Below are positions 8,390 through 17,667 of a DNA stretch of 64,000 nt, one piece after another. The position numbers and the translations under genes were made by a program. Under the pieces are notes generated by a model. That model saw nothing but the letters and a program-made list of their open reading frames with translations, was not told the origin of the DNA and ran no database searches. Each line of letters opens with the position of its first letter. Positions within the stretch are counted from its first letter, which is position 1. The stretch spans positions 16,428 to 80,427 of the forward strand of contig CAYJED010000004.1 of the NCBI GenBank assembly GCA_964369115.1, given 5' to 3'. The DNA is from an uncultured Candidatus Saccharibacteria bacterium (lineage in GTDB: Bacteria; Patescibacteriota; Minisyncoccia; Phycocordibacterales; UBA5272).

Positions 8390-8445
8390 CAAAAAGTAAA
8401 ATCTCGTAAGATACAATCTTACGAGATTTTACTTTTTGCGGGCCC
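8383..8445. repeat. perfect 30-bp-stem palindrome overlapping the 3' end of tRNA-Trp
   Basis: gggcccgcaaaaagtaaaatctcgtaagat, loop aca, atcttacgagattttactttttgcgggccc. The left arm begins inside the tRNA acceptor 3' strand. Confidence 0.8.
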
Positions 8446-8658
8446 ACAGAAAGCCAACTGCTTGGCTTTCGTGAGGAATCGAATAGGGGTCGAAAATCTG
8501 CTTCGAGCAAAGCGAGGCAGATTTGTGACCGATTCCTTATCACCCATATACATAATAATTTATGTCACATGCGCAAAAAAAGGGGGGGTAAAACAGGGGT
8601 CACGAAGTCTTATATTTTTGTACTCAAAAATAGACTTTGTGACCGATTCCATCCAGTC

Positions 8659-9534
8659 TTACCTGATTCTCTTCACTATTCTAAATGTTCCGTCACTACC
8701 ATTTACTCGTATTGTAAATGTTTCAATAAAGTCTTGAGGAAGTCTAATAAAGTTTTCTTTTTCCATTTCTTCAATTGAAACTGGATAGCGTTTAAAACGT
8801 TCATTATAAGCAATGATTCCTTTTTCAAGCATCTGCGTTACTGCTTCTATTTTGTATCCTCCCTCTGCAATGGACTTAATAATTTCATCATCCGTATTGT
8901 TGTAAATAACTTTTATAAGCTCTCTTGAAAGCTTGTACTGTTTTTCTTTGTTATTGTTAAGATTACCTGTTGTTACAAGATTTCTTCCAACATACGTTGA
9001 ATATACTAAGTACACCCCATCTGGAGCGTTTGGACGTTCTGCTGCAATTGCTAAATAGTTTTCTGCAGGGTCGTAACTTCTAGTAAAAATTTGATATTGT
9101 GTTCCAAGATAAAAAGGAATTTGCCAACTTGTTGGAATTGCTTGTATGCCTCGCTCAGCAATCTTTGCTATTTCATCAAGTGGTTTTCTGTCTTTGTTTG
9201 TTGTTTCTCCCTGAGGGACTGTTAAGATACTAAAGAGGTAAGGGTATTCAAAGCGCGGATCTAGCTTTGTTATGTTTTTAAAATAGCCAATAAAGAAACC
9301 TTCTCTGCCGTCCCATGCAACAAAGTCTTGTATTGCTCGTACCCAGTACATGTCAGCAAGAAAATTATTAAACCCAAAGCTTACATATGGAAGAATTGTT
9401 TCTGGTAAGAGGGTGCGCTTTGCCATTTCAAGTTTAAGAGTAAAAGGTGGACTAAAAGCATCATGTTTACCTTGAAGTACTGCACTTATAATAAGAAGTG
9501 AGAGAGCTGCTCCAAACAAAAAAGAATTCTTCAT
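8659..9534 (-). CDS. secreted hypothetical protein (last gene of ABC exporter operon)
   Basis: 291 aa with an N-terminal signal/TM segment (MKNSFLFGAALSLLIISAVLQG). It starts 6 nt after the permease gene. Confidence 0.45.
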   Translation of the reverse strand: MKNSFLFGAALSLLIISAVLQGKHDAFSPPFTLKLEMAKRTLLPETILPYVSFGFNNFLADMYWVRAIQDFVAWDGREGFFIGYFKNITKLDPRFEYPYLFSILTVPQGETTNKDRKPLDEIAKIAERGIQAIPTSWQIPFYLGTQYQIFTRSYDPAENYLAIAAERPNAPDGVYLVYSTYVGRNLVTTGNLNNNKEKQYKLSRELIKVIYNNTDDEIIKSIAEGGYKIEAVTQMLEKGIIAYNERFKRYPVSIEEMEKENFIRLPQDFIETFTIRVNGSDGTFRIVKRIR

Positions 9535-9539
9535 AGAGA

Positions 9540-10310
9540 TTAAAAGTCTTTTTTCTTAAATACAATATGAGTAACTATAAGAAGAAGGGTGGCGTAGCTT
9601 ATAGCATAGAGTATTGCTATAAGAAAAAGAGAAGGTGAAGGAAGTGTTCCGTAGACAATGTCGTTACGAATATTAAATTTTTCTAGATTTGGAAGGAGGT
9701 AGTAGCTTCCTCGTGTTACAAGTTCAATAAACGTAGAACTTGTTGTCATAAAGACTGTTTTAAACAGTGCCCCAGCATGACCTAGGAAGAAAAAAGCAAT
9801 AGTTGTAACTGAAGCCATAAGTGGCGACATGATGCCAGAAAAGAAAAGGGAGATAAGTATAAGAAGAATAGCTTCAAAGGTGCTTAAAAATACTGAAATG
9901 AGTATAGGGGTAATGTATTCGGTACCGTTATTAAGGAAAAGTACAACACATAACGCAAGAGTAGAAAAGAGAGTAACAATACTTGTTGTTGCTGTAAGCC
10001 CTAGACATTTTCCTGCAACCACCTCAGTTCGAGAAATTGGTTTTGGTAAAAGTAAGAAAAAAGTGCGGCGTTCAATCTCTTTGTAAATAAGCATTGAACC
10101 AATAAAGATTGCCACAAACATCTGCAGTGCGTAAATTGCAGTAACTCCAAAGTTCACAATAACGCGAGTCCCTTGTTCAAGTGAGATTGAGGCAATAAAA
10201 AGTGAAAAGAGTATTATTGCGATAATAACAAAAAATGCTGAAAGAAGGATTTTGTCACGGACAGTCTCCTTAAAGGTGTTTTTTGCGATGGTGAAGATAT
10301 TTTTTAACAT
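9540..10310 (-). CDS. ABC-2 family transporter permease
   Basis: 256 aa with six predicted TM helices. It lies directly downstream of the ABC ATPase (5-nt gap). Confidence 0.6.
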   Translation of the reverse strand: MLKNIFTIAKNTFKETVRDKILLSAFFVIIAIILFSLFIASISLEQGTRVIVNFGVTAIYALQMFVAIFIGSMLIYKEIERRTFFLLLPKPISRTEVVAGKCLGLTATTSIVTLFSTLALCVVLFLNNGTEYITPILISVFLSTFEAILLILISLFFSGIMSPLMASVTTIAFFFLGHAGALFKTVFMTTSSTFIELVTRGSYYLLPNLEKFNIRNDIVYGTLPSPSLFLIAILYAISYATLLLIVTHIVFKKKDF

Positions 10311-10315
10311 AAACT

Positions 10316-11068
10316 TTAATGATCAGGATAGATGGTAACTCCTTCTTTTTTACGTTCCGCTTCAATTATTGAAACAAAAGCATCTTCTAGATCTCTATAC
10401 CCAGATGCAATCTCTTTTGGAGAACCTGTGCGAATAAGTGCACCTTGATCAATAATACCAACGGTGTCACAAATTTCTGCAACATCACCTAAAATGTGAG
10501 TATTAATGAATATCGTCTTACCCACTTCTTTACGGGCGGTAATTATTTTTTTAACTTCAGCACGCCCAAGAGGGTCAAGGCCATCAAGAGGTTCGTCTAA
10601 GAAGAGAATTTCCGGATCATTAATAAGTGCTTGAGCAAGTCCTAGTCGCTGAAGCATTCCTTTTGAATAAGTGCGTATTTTTTTATCTTTTGCGTGGTAG
10701 AGGTTAACTTCCTTTAATATCTTTATGATGATGTCTTTTTTATGAGGTATCTTAAAAAGATCTGCAATAAAATCAAGGAATTCATATCCACTTAAGTATT
10801 GGTAAAAAAGAGGAGATTCTGGCATAAAGCCAATAGACTGATGAGATGTGATGTCTTTAGGGTCTTTGCCAAGTATTTCAATTGTTCCAGAGCTTGGAGT
10901 AGAGAGTCCGACAAGCATTTTAATAGTAGAAGTTTTTCCTGCACCATTTGGTCCTATAAAACCAAATACAGAACCTTTTTTAACTGCAAAAGAAACATCT
11001 TTAACGACATTTATTTTTTTGGTTGTGCCGTAGCACTTGGAAAGATTCTTGATTGAAATAGCGTCCAT
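10316..11068 (-). CDS. ABC transporter ATP-binding protein
   Basis: Walker A GPNGAGKTST, ABC signature YSKGMLQRLGLAQAL, Walker B ILFLDEP. The internal Met (MDAISIKNLSK) is taken as the start. Confidence 0.8.
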   Translation of the reverse strand: MDAISIKNLSKCYGTTKKINVVKDVSFAVKKGSVFGFIGPNGAGKTSTIKMLVGLSTPSSGTIEILGKDPKDITSHQSIGFMPESPLFYQYLSGYEFLDFIADLFKIPHKKDIIIKILKEVNLYHAKDKKIRTYSKGMLQRLGLAQALINDPEILFLDEPLDGLDPLGRAEVKKIITARKEVGKTIFINTHILGDVAEICDTVGIIDQGALIRTGSPKEIASGYRDLEDAFVSIIEAERKKEGVTIYPDH

Positions 11069-11169
11069 ATTTGTACATGGTAACAGATATGCTTCTTTAC
11101 GTAAAATGCATAATTTACCCACAGAAAAACTATTTCTCTATGCTGTAACGATAGTATACTTCTTTACAT

Positions 11170-12243
11170 ATGGACAAAAAAATTCGTGTAGGTATTAATG
11201 GCTTTGGGCGTATCGGACGAGCCTTCTTCAAGGTTGCAAGCGCTCGCCCCGACATAGAGGTGGTAGCGGTAAATGATTTAGGGGATGTAAATAATTTGGC
11301 ATACCTTCTTCAGTACGACACTGTATACAGAGTTTCTCATTTTGATGTGCATGCCGAAATTCATGACGGAGAAACTCCAGATAAAAAAGAGCAGTATCTT
11401 GTAACAAGTGGAGAACATGAATCCCGTGTAAAAGTATTTCAGGAAAAAGACCCTGCAAGTATTCCTTGGTCATCTCTTCATGTGGATGTTGTTGTTGAAT
11501 CAACGGGGCTTTTTGTTGCTTATGACAAAGCTTCGGCGCACCTAAAAGGTGGAGCAAAAGCCGTAGTTATTTCTGCCCCTGCTAAAAAAGGTGAAGATGA
11601 GTCCGTAAAAGGTGAAACTATTTTGCTTGGAGTAAATGAAGATAAGTTTGGCACATGTAGCGTTACTTCAAACGCTTCTTGTACAACAAATGCTTCATCT
11701 CCTGTGATTGCAATTTTAGATGAAGCGATTGGTATTGAAAAAGCAATTTTAAATACCGTTCATTCATATACAGCTTCTCAGAGTATTGTAGATGGGCCAA
11801 ATAAAAAAGATTTTCGTGAAGGTCGTGCCGCAGCTCAAAACATTGTACCGTCTTCAACAGGAGCTGCTATTGCAGTAACAAAAGCTTTCCCTTCTCTTGA
11901 AGGTCTTTTTGATGGGGTTTCTATTCGTGTTCCTACTCCAGCAGGATCAATCGCAGATATTACGTTTATTGCAAAACGCGAAACAACAGCTGAAGAGGTA
12001 AATGAAATTTTGCGTAAAGCTGCAAGCACAGATAGGTGGTCTCATATTTTTCAAGCAACTGACGAGGAACTTGTTTCAAGTGATATTATCGGACTCCCGT
12101 ACGCATCAATTGCTGATCTTAAAATGACACGTGTAGTAGGGGGTACTCTTGTAAAAGTACTTGCGTGGTACGACAATGAAATGGGGTACACTAACACACT
12201 TGTTGAGCATGTGGCAAAAGTTGGACAAAAATTACAAGCATAA
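11170..12243 (+). CDS. gap: glyceraldehyde-3-phosphate dehydrogenase
   Basis: N-terminal Rossmann INGFGRIGR and the catalytic region SNASCTTN. Confidence 0.9.
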   Translation: MDKKIRVGINGFGRIGRAFFKVASARPDIEVVAVNDLGDVNNLAYLLQYDTVYRVSHFDVHAEIHDGETPDKKEQYLVTSGEHESRVKVFQEKDPASIPWSSLHVDVVVESTGLFVAYDKASAHLKGGAKAVVISAPAKKGEDESVKGETILLGVNEDKFGTCSVTSNASCTTNASSPVIAILDEAIGIEKAILNTVHSYTASQSIVDGPNKKDFREGRAAAQNIVPSSTGAAIAVTKAFPSLEGLFDGVSIRVPTPAGSIADITFIAKRETTAEEVNEILRKAASTDRWSHIFQATDEELVSSDIIGLPYASIADLKMTRVVGGTLVKVLAWYDNEMGYTNTLVEHVAKVGQKLQA

Positions 12244-12320
12244 TACTGTTCATAAATATTCACAAAAAGAGCACTTCGGTGCTCTTTTTGTTACATATTC
12301 TTGATATACTTAACGTATAT

Positions 12321-12779
12321 ATGAAAATACATCTCGCTACCGATCACGCTGGTTTCCTTTTAAAAGAACAAGTAAAAGGGTATCTTGAAACATCTGGTCA
12401 CATTGTGCATGATTTTGGTGCGCTTACTCACGTAGAAGGAGATGACTATCCTCCTTATATTGCAGAAGCTGCAAGGAAGGTGCAGCATGATGCGATGCAT
12501 GACCCGTCTATTGCAATTATTTTTGGTGGCTCAGGGCAAGGGGAGGCAATCGTTGCCAATAGATATCGTCATGTGCGTGCCATTGTATATGCTGGAGGAG
12601 ATCTCTCCCTTGTGCGTCTAGGGCGCCTTCATAATGATGCAAATGTTCTTTCGCTTGGGGCTCGTTTTGTTTCTTTTGAAGAAGCAAAAGCTGCAATCGA
12701 AGTATTTTTAACAACCACATTTTCTCATGAGGAGCGTCACTCAGATCGTGTTATTATGATTGATGAGATAACTAAATAA
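12321..12779 (+). CDS. rpiB: ribose-5-phosphate isomerase B
   Basis: The MKIHLATDHAGF start is typical of RpiB/LacAB. About 150 aa taken from the ATG at 12321. Confidence 0.75.
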   Translation: MKIHLATDHAGFLLKEQVKGYLETSGHIVHDFGALTHVEGDDYPPYIAEAARKVQHDAMHDPSIAIIFGGSGQGEAIVANRYRHVRAIVYAGGDLSLVRLGRLHNDANVLSLGARFVSFEEAKAAIEVFLTTTFSHEERHSDRVIMIDEITK

Positions 12780-12789
12780 TTTTTTATAT

Positions 12790-13008
12790 ATGGAACCAAG
12801 TCTTAAATTTTTCTTCGCACTTCTTGGAATTCTTGTTCTCGGATCGTTGTTTGTTCCGGTTGTTCATAATCCAAATCCTGTAGAATGTAATAATTATCCA
12901 GATGGTACTGGAGGGTATTATCTTAAGTGTAATGATGAGTACATTACATTGTTTAAAAAATGGACTCTTCCAAAAGATACTCCAGAAACAAGAACTAGAA
13001 CATTTTAA
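12790..13008 (+). CDS. small secreted Cys-containing protein
   Basis: 72 aa with a signal/TM segment (FFFALLGILVLGSLFVP) and then Cys residues (CNNYPDG..CND). Confidence 0.35.
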   Translation: MEPSLKFFFALLGILVLGSLFVPVVHNPNPVECNNYPDGTGGYYLKCNDEYITLFKKWTLPKDTPETRTRTF

Positions 13009-13014
13009 TTACGT

Positions 13015-13167
13015 ATGAATTTAAAGTTTCTTATAACACTTCTTGCTGTTGTGGTTGCAGCTCTCTTCGTTCCTATTATTCCAAGTGATGTTACAGGATG
13101 TGATCAAGACGGGGTATGTGAAGATACTTCAATGTATGTTTCTATGTACGATAAGTTTCTTAAGTAG
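13015..13167 (+). CDS. small secreted Cys-containing protein, paralog of 12790..13008
   Basis: 50 aa (MNLKFLITLLAVVVAALFVPIIPSDVTGCDQDGVCEDTSMYVSMYDKFLK). It shares the LLxxxVxxxLFVP signal core with its neighbour. Below the ORF-track cutoff. Confidence 0.3.
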   Translation: MNLKFLITLLAVVVAALFVPIIPSDVTGCDQDGVCEDTSMYVSMYDKFLK

Positions 13168-13208
13168 CTTGTGTATAGCTCTTTATAATTAGAGGTATAC
13201 TCTTTAGT

Positions 13209-13877
13209 ATGACTATTACTCCAGCGATATTAGAGCCAACATATGAACATGTTACCCACAAACTTTTTCTTTTAGAAGGGGTTACAGAATGGGTGCAAAT
13301 TGATCTTTGTGACGGTATTGCTGGTCTTGAAAAAACGTGGCTCCCTTATAAAGAAAAACATCTCCCTGATGGTTTTTCTTATGAATTTGATTTGATGGTT
13401 AAGGATTGGAGAAAGTATGTTCCTCGGGTGATTGCTCTTGGGGCTAAACGTATAGTGGTGCATGTAGATTCATTTTCTTATGATGATATAAGTGAACTTA
13501 TTGCTATGGTTGCGCCACACTTTATTTTTCTTGGTCTTTGTGGATCAAATGAAGGAGAGTTGAAGGCTTTTGCTGAGAAAGTGCATCACGCAGAACAGCT
13601 TTACCATAAACTTTTTATTCAGGTGATGGGAATTGCTAAAGTTGGCACTCAGTCTCAGCCATTTGATGAACGAGTACTTAAACGTATATCATATTTACGA
13701 GATCATTGTCGGAATATTGATATTCAGGTAGACGGGAGCATGAACCCGGAAACTATTTTTGTTGTAAAGGAGCATGGTGTGCGGTGTGTCATTGTGGGCT
13801 CATACATAACTCGTCACGGAAATAATCACAAAGAAATTAAAAAAACATTAGAAACACTACGTGCCCACTACGGATAA
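13209..13877 (+). CDS. ribulose-phosphate 3-epimerase family protein (divergent)
   Basis: TIM-barrel-like spacing with QIDLCDG (compare the HxDxMDG motif of RPE). It sits between rpiB and the transketolase subunits. Confidence 0.45.
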   Translation: MTITPAILEPTYEHVTHKLFLLEGVTEWVQIDLCDGIAGLEKTWLPYKEKHLPDGFSYEFDLMVKDWRKYVPRVIALGAKRIVVHVDSFSYDDISELIAMVAPHFIFLGLCGSNEGELKAFAEKVHHAEQLYHKLFIQVMGIAKVGTQSQPFDERVLKRISYLRDHCRNIDIQVDGSMNPETIFVVKEHGVRCVIVGSYITRHGNNHKEIKKTLETLRAHYG

Positions 13878-13937
13878 AATGTTTATAAAAGATATTAACT
13901 GGTAAGTAGTATGTGGTGACTATATACTACAAAGTAT

Positions 13938-14804
13938 ATGCATTCACTTACTGACGTAGAAGTAGAAGCGCTTACGCTTCGCGCTGAAGATATTCGAGAA
14001 AGTATTATTAAAATGCTTATGGAAGCAGGGAGCGGACATACTGCAGGGCCACTCGGTATGACAGATGTTTTTACACTCCTCTATTTTAGAGTACTTAAAC
14101 ACAATCCGCGACATCCTGAATGGATTGAGCGCGACAGAGTTATTCTTTCTAATGGTCATATTGCGCCGGTTCTGTACGCTACCATGGCTCACGCTGGGTA
14201 TTTTTCTATCTCTGAACTCAAAACACTTCGTCGTTTTGGTTCACGTCTTCAGGGGCACCCGCACCGTGAGATGCTTCCTGGCCTTGAAACTTCATCAGGA
14301 CCTCTTGGGTCAGGTCTTTCTCAGGCAATTGGTATGGCTCTTATGGATAAGCTTGAGGAGCATAAGCCAGACAGACACTTTTATTGCCTTATGGGTGATG
14401 GAGAAATTAATGAAGGGCAGATGTGGGAATCGTTTCTCCTTCTCAATAAGTACAAGCTAAATAAAGTTATTTCTATTATTGATCGTAATACAATTCAAAT
14501 TGATGGCTATACAGAAGACGTCCTTCCTCTTGAGTCTTTAACTGCAAAAATGGAAGCATTTAATTTTCAGGTAATTGATGTAGATGGTCATAATTTTAGA
14601 GATATTATGCAAGCAATTGGTCGTGCAAAAAGCACCCTTGATAAACCTACGGTTATCATCGCACACACAATCCCAGGTAAGGGAGTTACTGCTTTTGAAG
14701 GTGACTATAGATGGCACGGTAAAGCTCCCAACGAAGAAGAGGGTCGTGCTGCACTTAAAGAGCTTCGAAGTCTTAAAGGTAAAGTTCACTACGGAGAATT
14801 ATAA
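13938..14804 (+). CDS. transketolase, N-terminal (thiamine-diphosphate binding) subunit
   Basis: GHTAGPLGMTD, GDGEINEGQMWE and SNGH.. motifs. At 288 aa it covers only the N-terminal half of a fused transketolase. Confidence 0.85.
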   Translation: MHSLTDVEVEALTLRAEDIRESIIKMLMEAGSGHTAGPLGMTDVFTLLYFRVLKHNPRHPEWIERDRVILSNGHIAPVLYATMAHAGYFSISELKTLRRFGSRLQGHPHREMLPGLETSSGPLGSGLSQAIGMALMDKLEEHKPDRHFYCLMGDGEINEGQMWESFLLLNKYKLNKVISIIDRNTIQIDGYTEDVLPLESLTAKMEAFNFQVIDVDGHNFRDIMQAIGRAKSTLDKPTVIIAHTIPGKGVTAFEGDYRWHGKAPNEEEGRAALKELRSLKGKVHYGEL

Positions 14805-14814
14805 TTTTTTATAT

Positions 14815-15801
14815 ATGCTTAGAAAAACAGTATTTACTTCTGAAGAAGAACAAAAAGCAACAAGAGAAGGTTTTGGTGAGGGTCTTGTGAATGCCGGAAC
14901 AAAAGACAGTCGCATCGTAGCTTTATGTGCTGATCTTACTGAAAGTGTGAAGATGGATGGATTTCGTAGCAAGTTCCCTAAAAGATTTTTTGAGGTTGGG
15001 ATTACAGAACAAGCTATGTCAGGATTAGCTTCAGGTGCAGCCGCTATGGGATATGTACCTTTTATTGCAAGCTACGCAATGTTTTCTCCTGGAAGAAACT
15101 GGGAGCAAATAAGAACAACTATTGCTTACAATAATGTTCCTGTTAAGGTAGTCGGAGCTCATGCTGGAATTTCTGTTGGGCCAGATGGGGCAACTCATCA
15201 AGCGATTGAAGATATTGCAATTATGCGTATGATTCCAAATATGGAGGTGTACGTTCCTTGTGATGCGGTGGAAGCTCGTGCTATTACAGAGCATATTGCA
15301 GAGACGGATAAGCCTGCATACCTTCGTCTTACTCGAGAAAAAACACCCCTCCTTCTTTCTGATACCTATACATGGAATCATGGTAAGGCTTATGCTCTTT
15401 ATGTTTCTCAGCATAAGTACGGTGGAGATTTTACACAAAATGTTGCTATTATTTCTTGCGGACCTATTATTTATGAAGCTATTAAGGCGGCTATAGCTCT
15501 TGAGAAAGAAGGTATAGGGGTGACTGTAGTAAACGTTCCTCAGGTAAAACCTTTAGATACTGCATTTCTTCTTCGTCTTGTGAAAAATGTAAGAGCAATT
15601 GTTACAGTCGAAGAACATCAAGTGTCAGGTGGTTTAGGAAGTGCTATTGCAGAATATTTAAGCGAACATCACCCAATTCGTATTGGTCGTGTTGGAGTGA
15701 GTGATCGATTTGGTCAAAGTGGAAAAATGAACGAGTTGTATGAAGAGTACGGACTTACCGCAAAACATGTTGCTGCAAAAGTTCGTGAAGTGTTACATTA
15801 G
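14815..15801 (+). CDS. transketolase, C-terminal (pyrimidine-binding/C-terminal domain) subunit
   Basis: FEVGITEQAMSGLASGAA... and C-terminal domain motifs. An ATG at 14815 lies 11 nt after the N-subunit stop. Confidence 0.85.
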   Translation: MLRKTVFTSEEEQKATREGFGEGLVNAGTKDSRIVALCADLTESVKMDGFRSKFPKRFFEVGITEQAMSGLASGAAAMGYVPFIASYAMFSPGRNWEQIRTTIAYNNVPVKVVGAHAGISVGPDGATHQAIEDIAIMRMIPNMEVYVPCDAVEARAITEHIAETDKPAYLRLTREKTPLLLSDTYTWNHGKAYALYVSQHKYGGDFTQNVAIISCGPIIYEAIKAAIALEKEGIGVTVVNVPQVKPLDTAFLLRLVKNVRAIVTVEEHQVSGGLGSAIAEYLSEHHPIRIGRVGVSDRFGQSGKMNELYEEYGLTAKHVAAKVREVLH

Positions 15802-15813
15802 CTATAATATAAT

Positions 15814-16577
15814 ATGAATTTTATAAGAGAAAATGTAAGTAACGCAATAAGAAGAATTTCTGGTAAAGAGGTCCCAAGTCCTGCAATTATAAAATCAATC
15901 TCATAAGAGGCTGGTAAAAATGAGCTTGCTATAAGAGGTGATATTTTTTGGTATTTTGATGAATTGGAGTTGAGAGATGAGCGTCTACGTAATAGACAGT
16001 TCTTGATGTTGGGAGTGCTGATGCTGCTTTTGCTGAGTATTGTGAGAAAAAGTTTTCTTCACAAGTTGTGTGTATTGATATTAAAGAGGGTGAGTTAGGA
16101 AAGAATCATGCTAGAGCTGTTGCTGGAGATGCAAGAAAACTTCCTTTTAAAGATGAGAGTTTTGATCTTGTCGTTTCTGCGGCTTCGATGCCACACCTTT
16201 TTGCTCCGTACAGAGACGATATTACGGATGAGCTAATTCCAATTATTGGAGTAGTAAAAGAAAAAGCTTTAGAAGATATTCTTGCTGTATTTAGAGAATC
16301 GTATCGAGTTACCAAAAATAAAGGCCAAATTAGAATGGGTACCTTTTCAGATGTTGAGCTACTGAAGAATAGCCATAACTATCTCGGTAAAGATTTTAAA
16401 TATACTGATGCTCAAGGAATAGAAAAAGTGCACAACTCAGAAGATGAGTTTAATCAAATGTTAGACAGAGCTTTTCTTATAAAGGAAGCACTTACTATTT
16501 TTGAAAAAGAAACCGGTGCACGTTGCATATTTAAGGAAACAAAAACTGGCGGCCTTATTATTATAATGAAATCTTAA
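15814..16577 (+). pseudogene. class I SAM-dependent methyltransferase, N-terminally disrupted (frameshifted remnant)
   Basis: Motif I (VLDVGSADAAF) and motif II-like KLPFKDESFDLVVS are in frame at 15996..16577, but a TAG lies two codons upstream of motif I. Short ORFs in other frames (MNFIRENV..., MSVYVIDSS*) fill 15814..15995. Confidence 0.35.
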
Positions 16578-16587
16578 ACTTTAAAAC

Positions 16588-16619
16588 AAAAAACCGAAGC
16601 CTTTAGGCTTCGGTTTTTT
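16588..16619. terminator. bidirectional rho-independent terminator
   Basis: aaaaccgaagcc tttag ggcttcggtttttt between convergent genes. Confidence 0.6.
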
Positions 16620-16634
16620 ATAATTGTTATTTTC

Positions 16635-17624
16635 CTAAATAATTGAAAGCTCGTATTCTTTAGGTGCTTTCTTGAGAAGCTCCTCAAGAGCTGTCTCAGA
16701 AAGAAGTCCTTCTTGGGCTCCGACGTGTTGCACAACATTCATACTGTTGATCGGTGCTCGTCTCATTGCGTACGGTGCATCATATCCTTTTGCAAGGTAG
16801 GCAATGAAGGTAGAAAAGAATGCATCGCCAGCTCCGGTGCGTTCAAGCGGTGGAGCTAGGTCTGGGTAAAGTGGCATACTGAAATAGCTGTTATCGTACT
16901 TCATGTAGGCACCATGTGGACCATCTGTTACAAGTATCACCTTTGGGCCAAGAGCGTGTAATCCATCAAGAAGCTCTTTGATAGTTGCTCCTTCATGTGA
17001 AAGAAGTTGCTCTGCTTCTTCTTTGTTCATACAGACTACTTCCGTACATTTATAAAGATCTGCAAGTTGTGGACCAAAACCAAGCTGGAAAGTCCCTGGT
17101 TGGAAAGCGAGTTTTATTTCAGGGTTATTCTTTACGTATTCAATAAGATCGTAATGGAAAGGAAGAGTGTGTTTTCCAAGAGATGAAAGGTAAAGCCACT
17201 TTGGTTTTCCAATTTCTGGAATCAGAGGAGTGAATTCTTCGTGTTTGATAAGAATAGTTCTATCGTCTTCTTTCCAGAGTACGTAGTGATAGTTCGTCTT
17301 TTTACCTTCTTCTTGCCGAACGAAGTCTGTAGCAACACCTTCTTTGGTAAGTTGTGCTAGACATTCATCCCCATGGGCATCTTTTCCTAAAGAGGTAAGA
17401 AGGGCGGATTTGAGCCCCAACCGAGCTGCTGAGACCGATGCATTTGCACTGTTTCCTACAGCTGGAAGTATGTATACATCATCAAAAGGAACTTTCATTC
17501 CATAAGGGATACAGATCTCACGTCCGTGAGCTGTTTCTTGTAAATGTCCAATTGAAAGTCTAATAAAAGCATCAACGACAGTGTCCCCAATAGCAATAAA
17601 ATCAAATTCTTGTTTGGTTTCCAT
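16635..17624 (-). CDS. PfkB-family carbohydrate kinase
   Basis: 329 aa with the C-terminal GAGDAFFSTFIAYLAKG (PfkB signature 2) and an N-terminal GG-like motif. Confidence 0.75.
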   Translation of the reverse strand: METKQEFDFIAIGDTVVDAFIRLSIGHLQETAHGREICIPYGMKVPFDDVYILPAVGNSANASVSAARLGLKSALLTSLGKDAHGDECLAQLTKEGVATDFVRQEEGKKTNYHYVLWKEDDRTILIKHEEFTPLIPEIGKPKWLYLSSLGKHTLPFHYDLIEYVKNNPEIKLAFQPGTFQLGFGPQLADLYKCTEVVCMNKEEAEQLLSHEGATIKELLDGLHALGPKVILVTDGPHGAYMKYDNSYFSMPLYPDLAPPLERTGAGDAFFSTFIAYLAKGYDAPYAMRRAPINSMNVVQHVGAQEGLLSETALEELLKKAPKEYELSII

Positions 17625-17667
17625 ATCCCTTAAGTGTAGCAGGTTATATGGTGTATACTGTGTTGAT

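Noticed and set aside
8333-8737. 134-aa plus-strand ORF overlapping tRNA-Trp and the downstream palindrome
   Set aside because: It runs through a tRNA gene and a perfect 63-nt hairpin and has no RBS. It is an artefact of stop-poor structured sequence.
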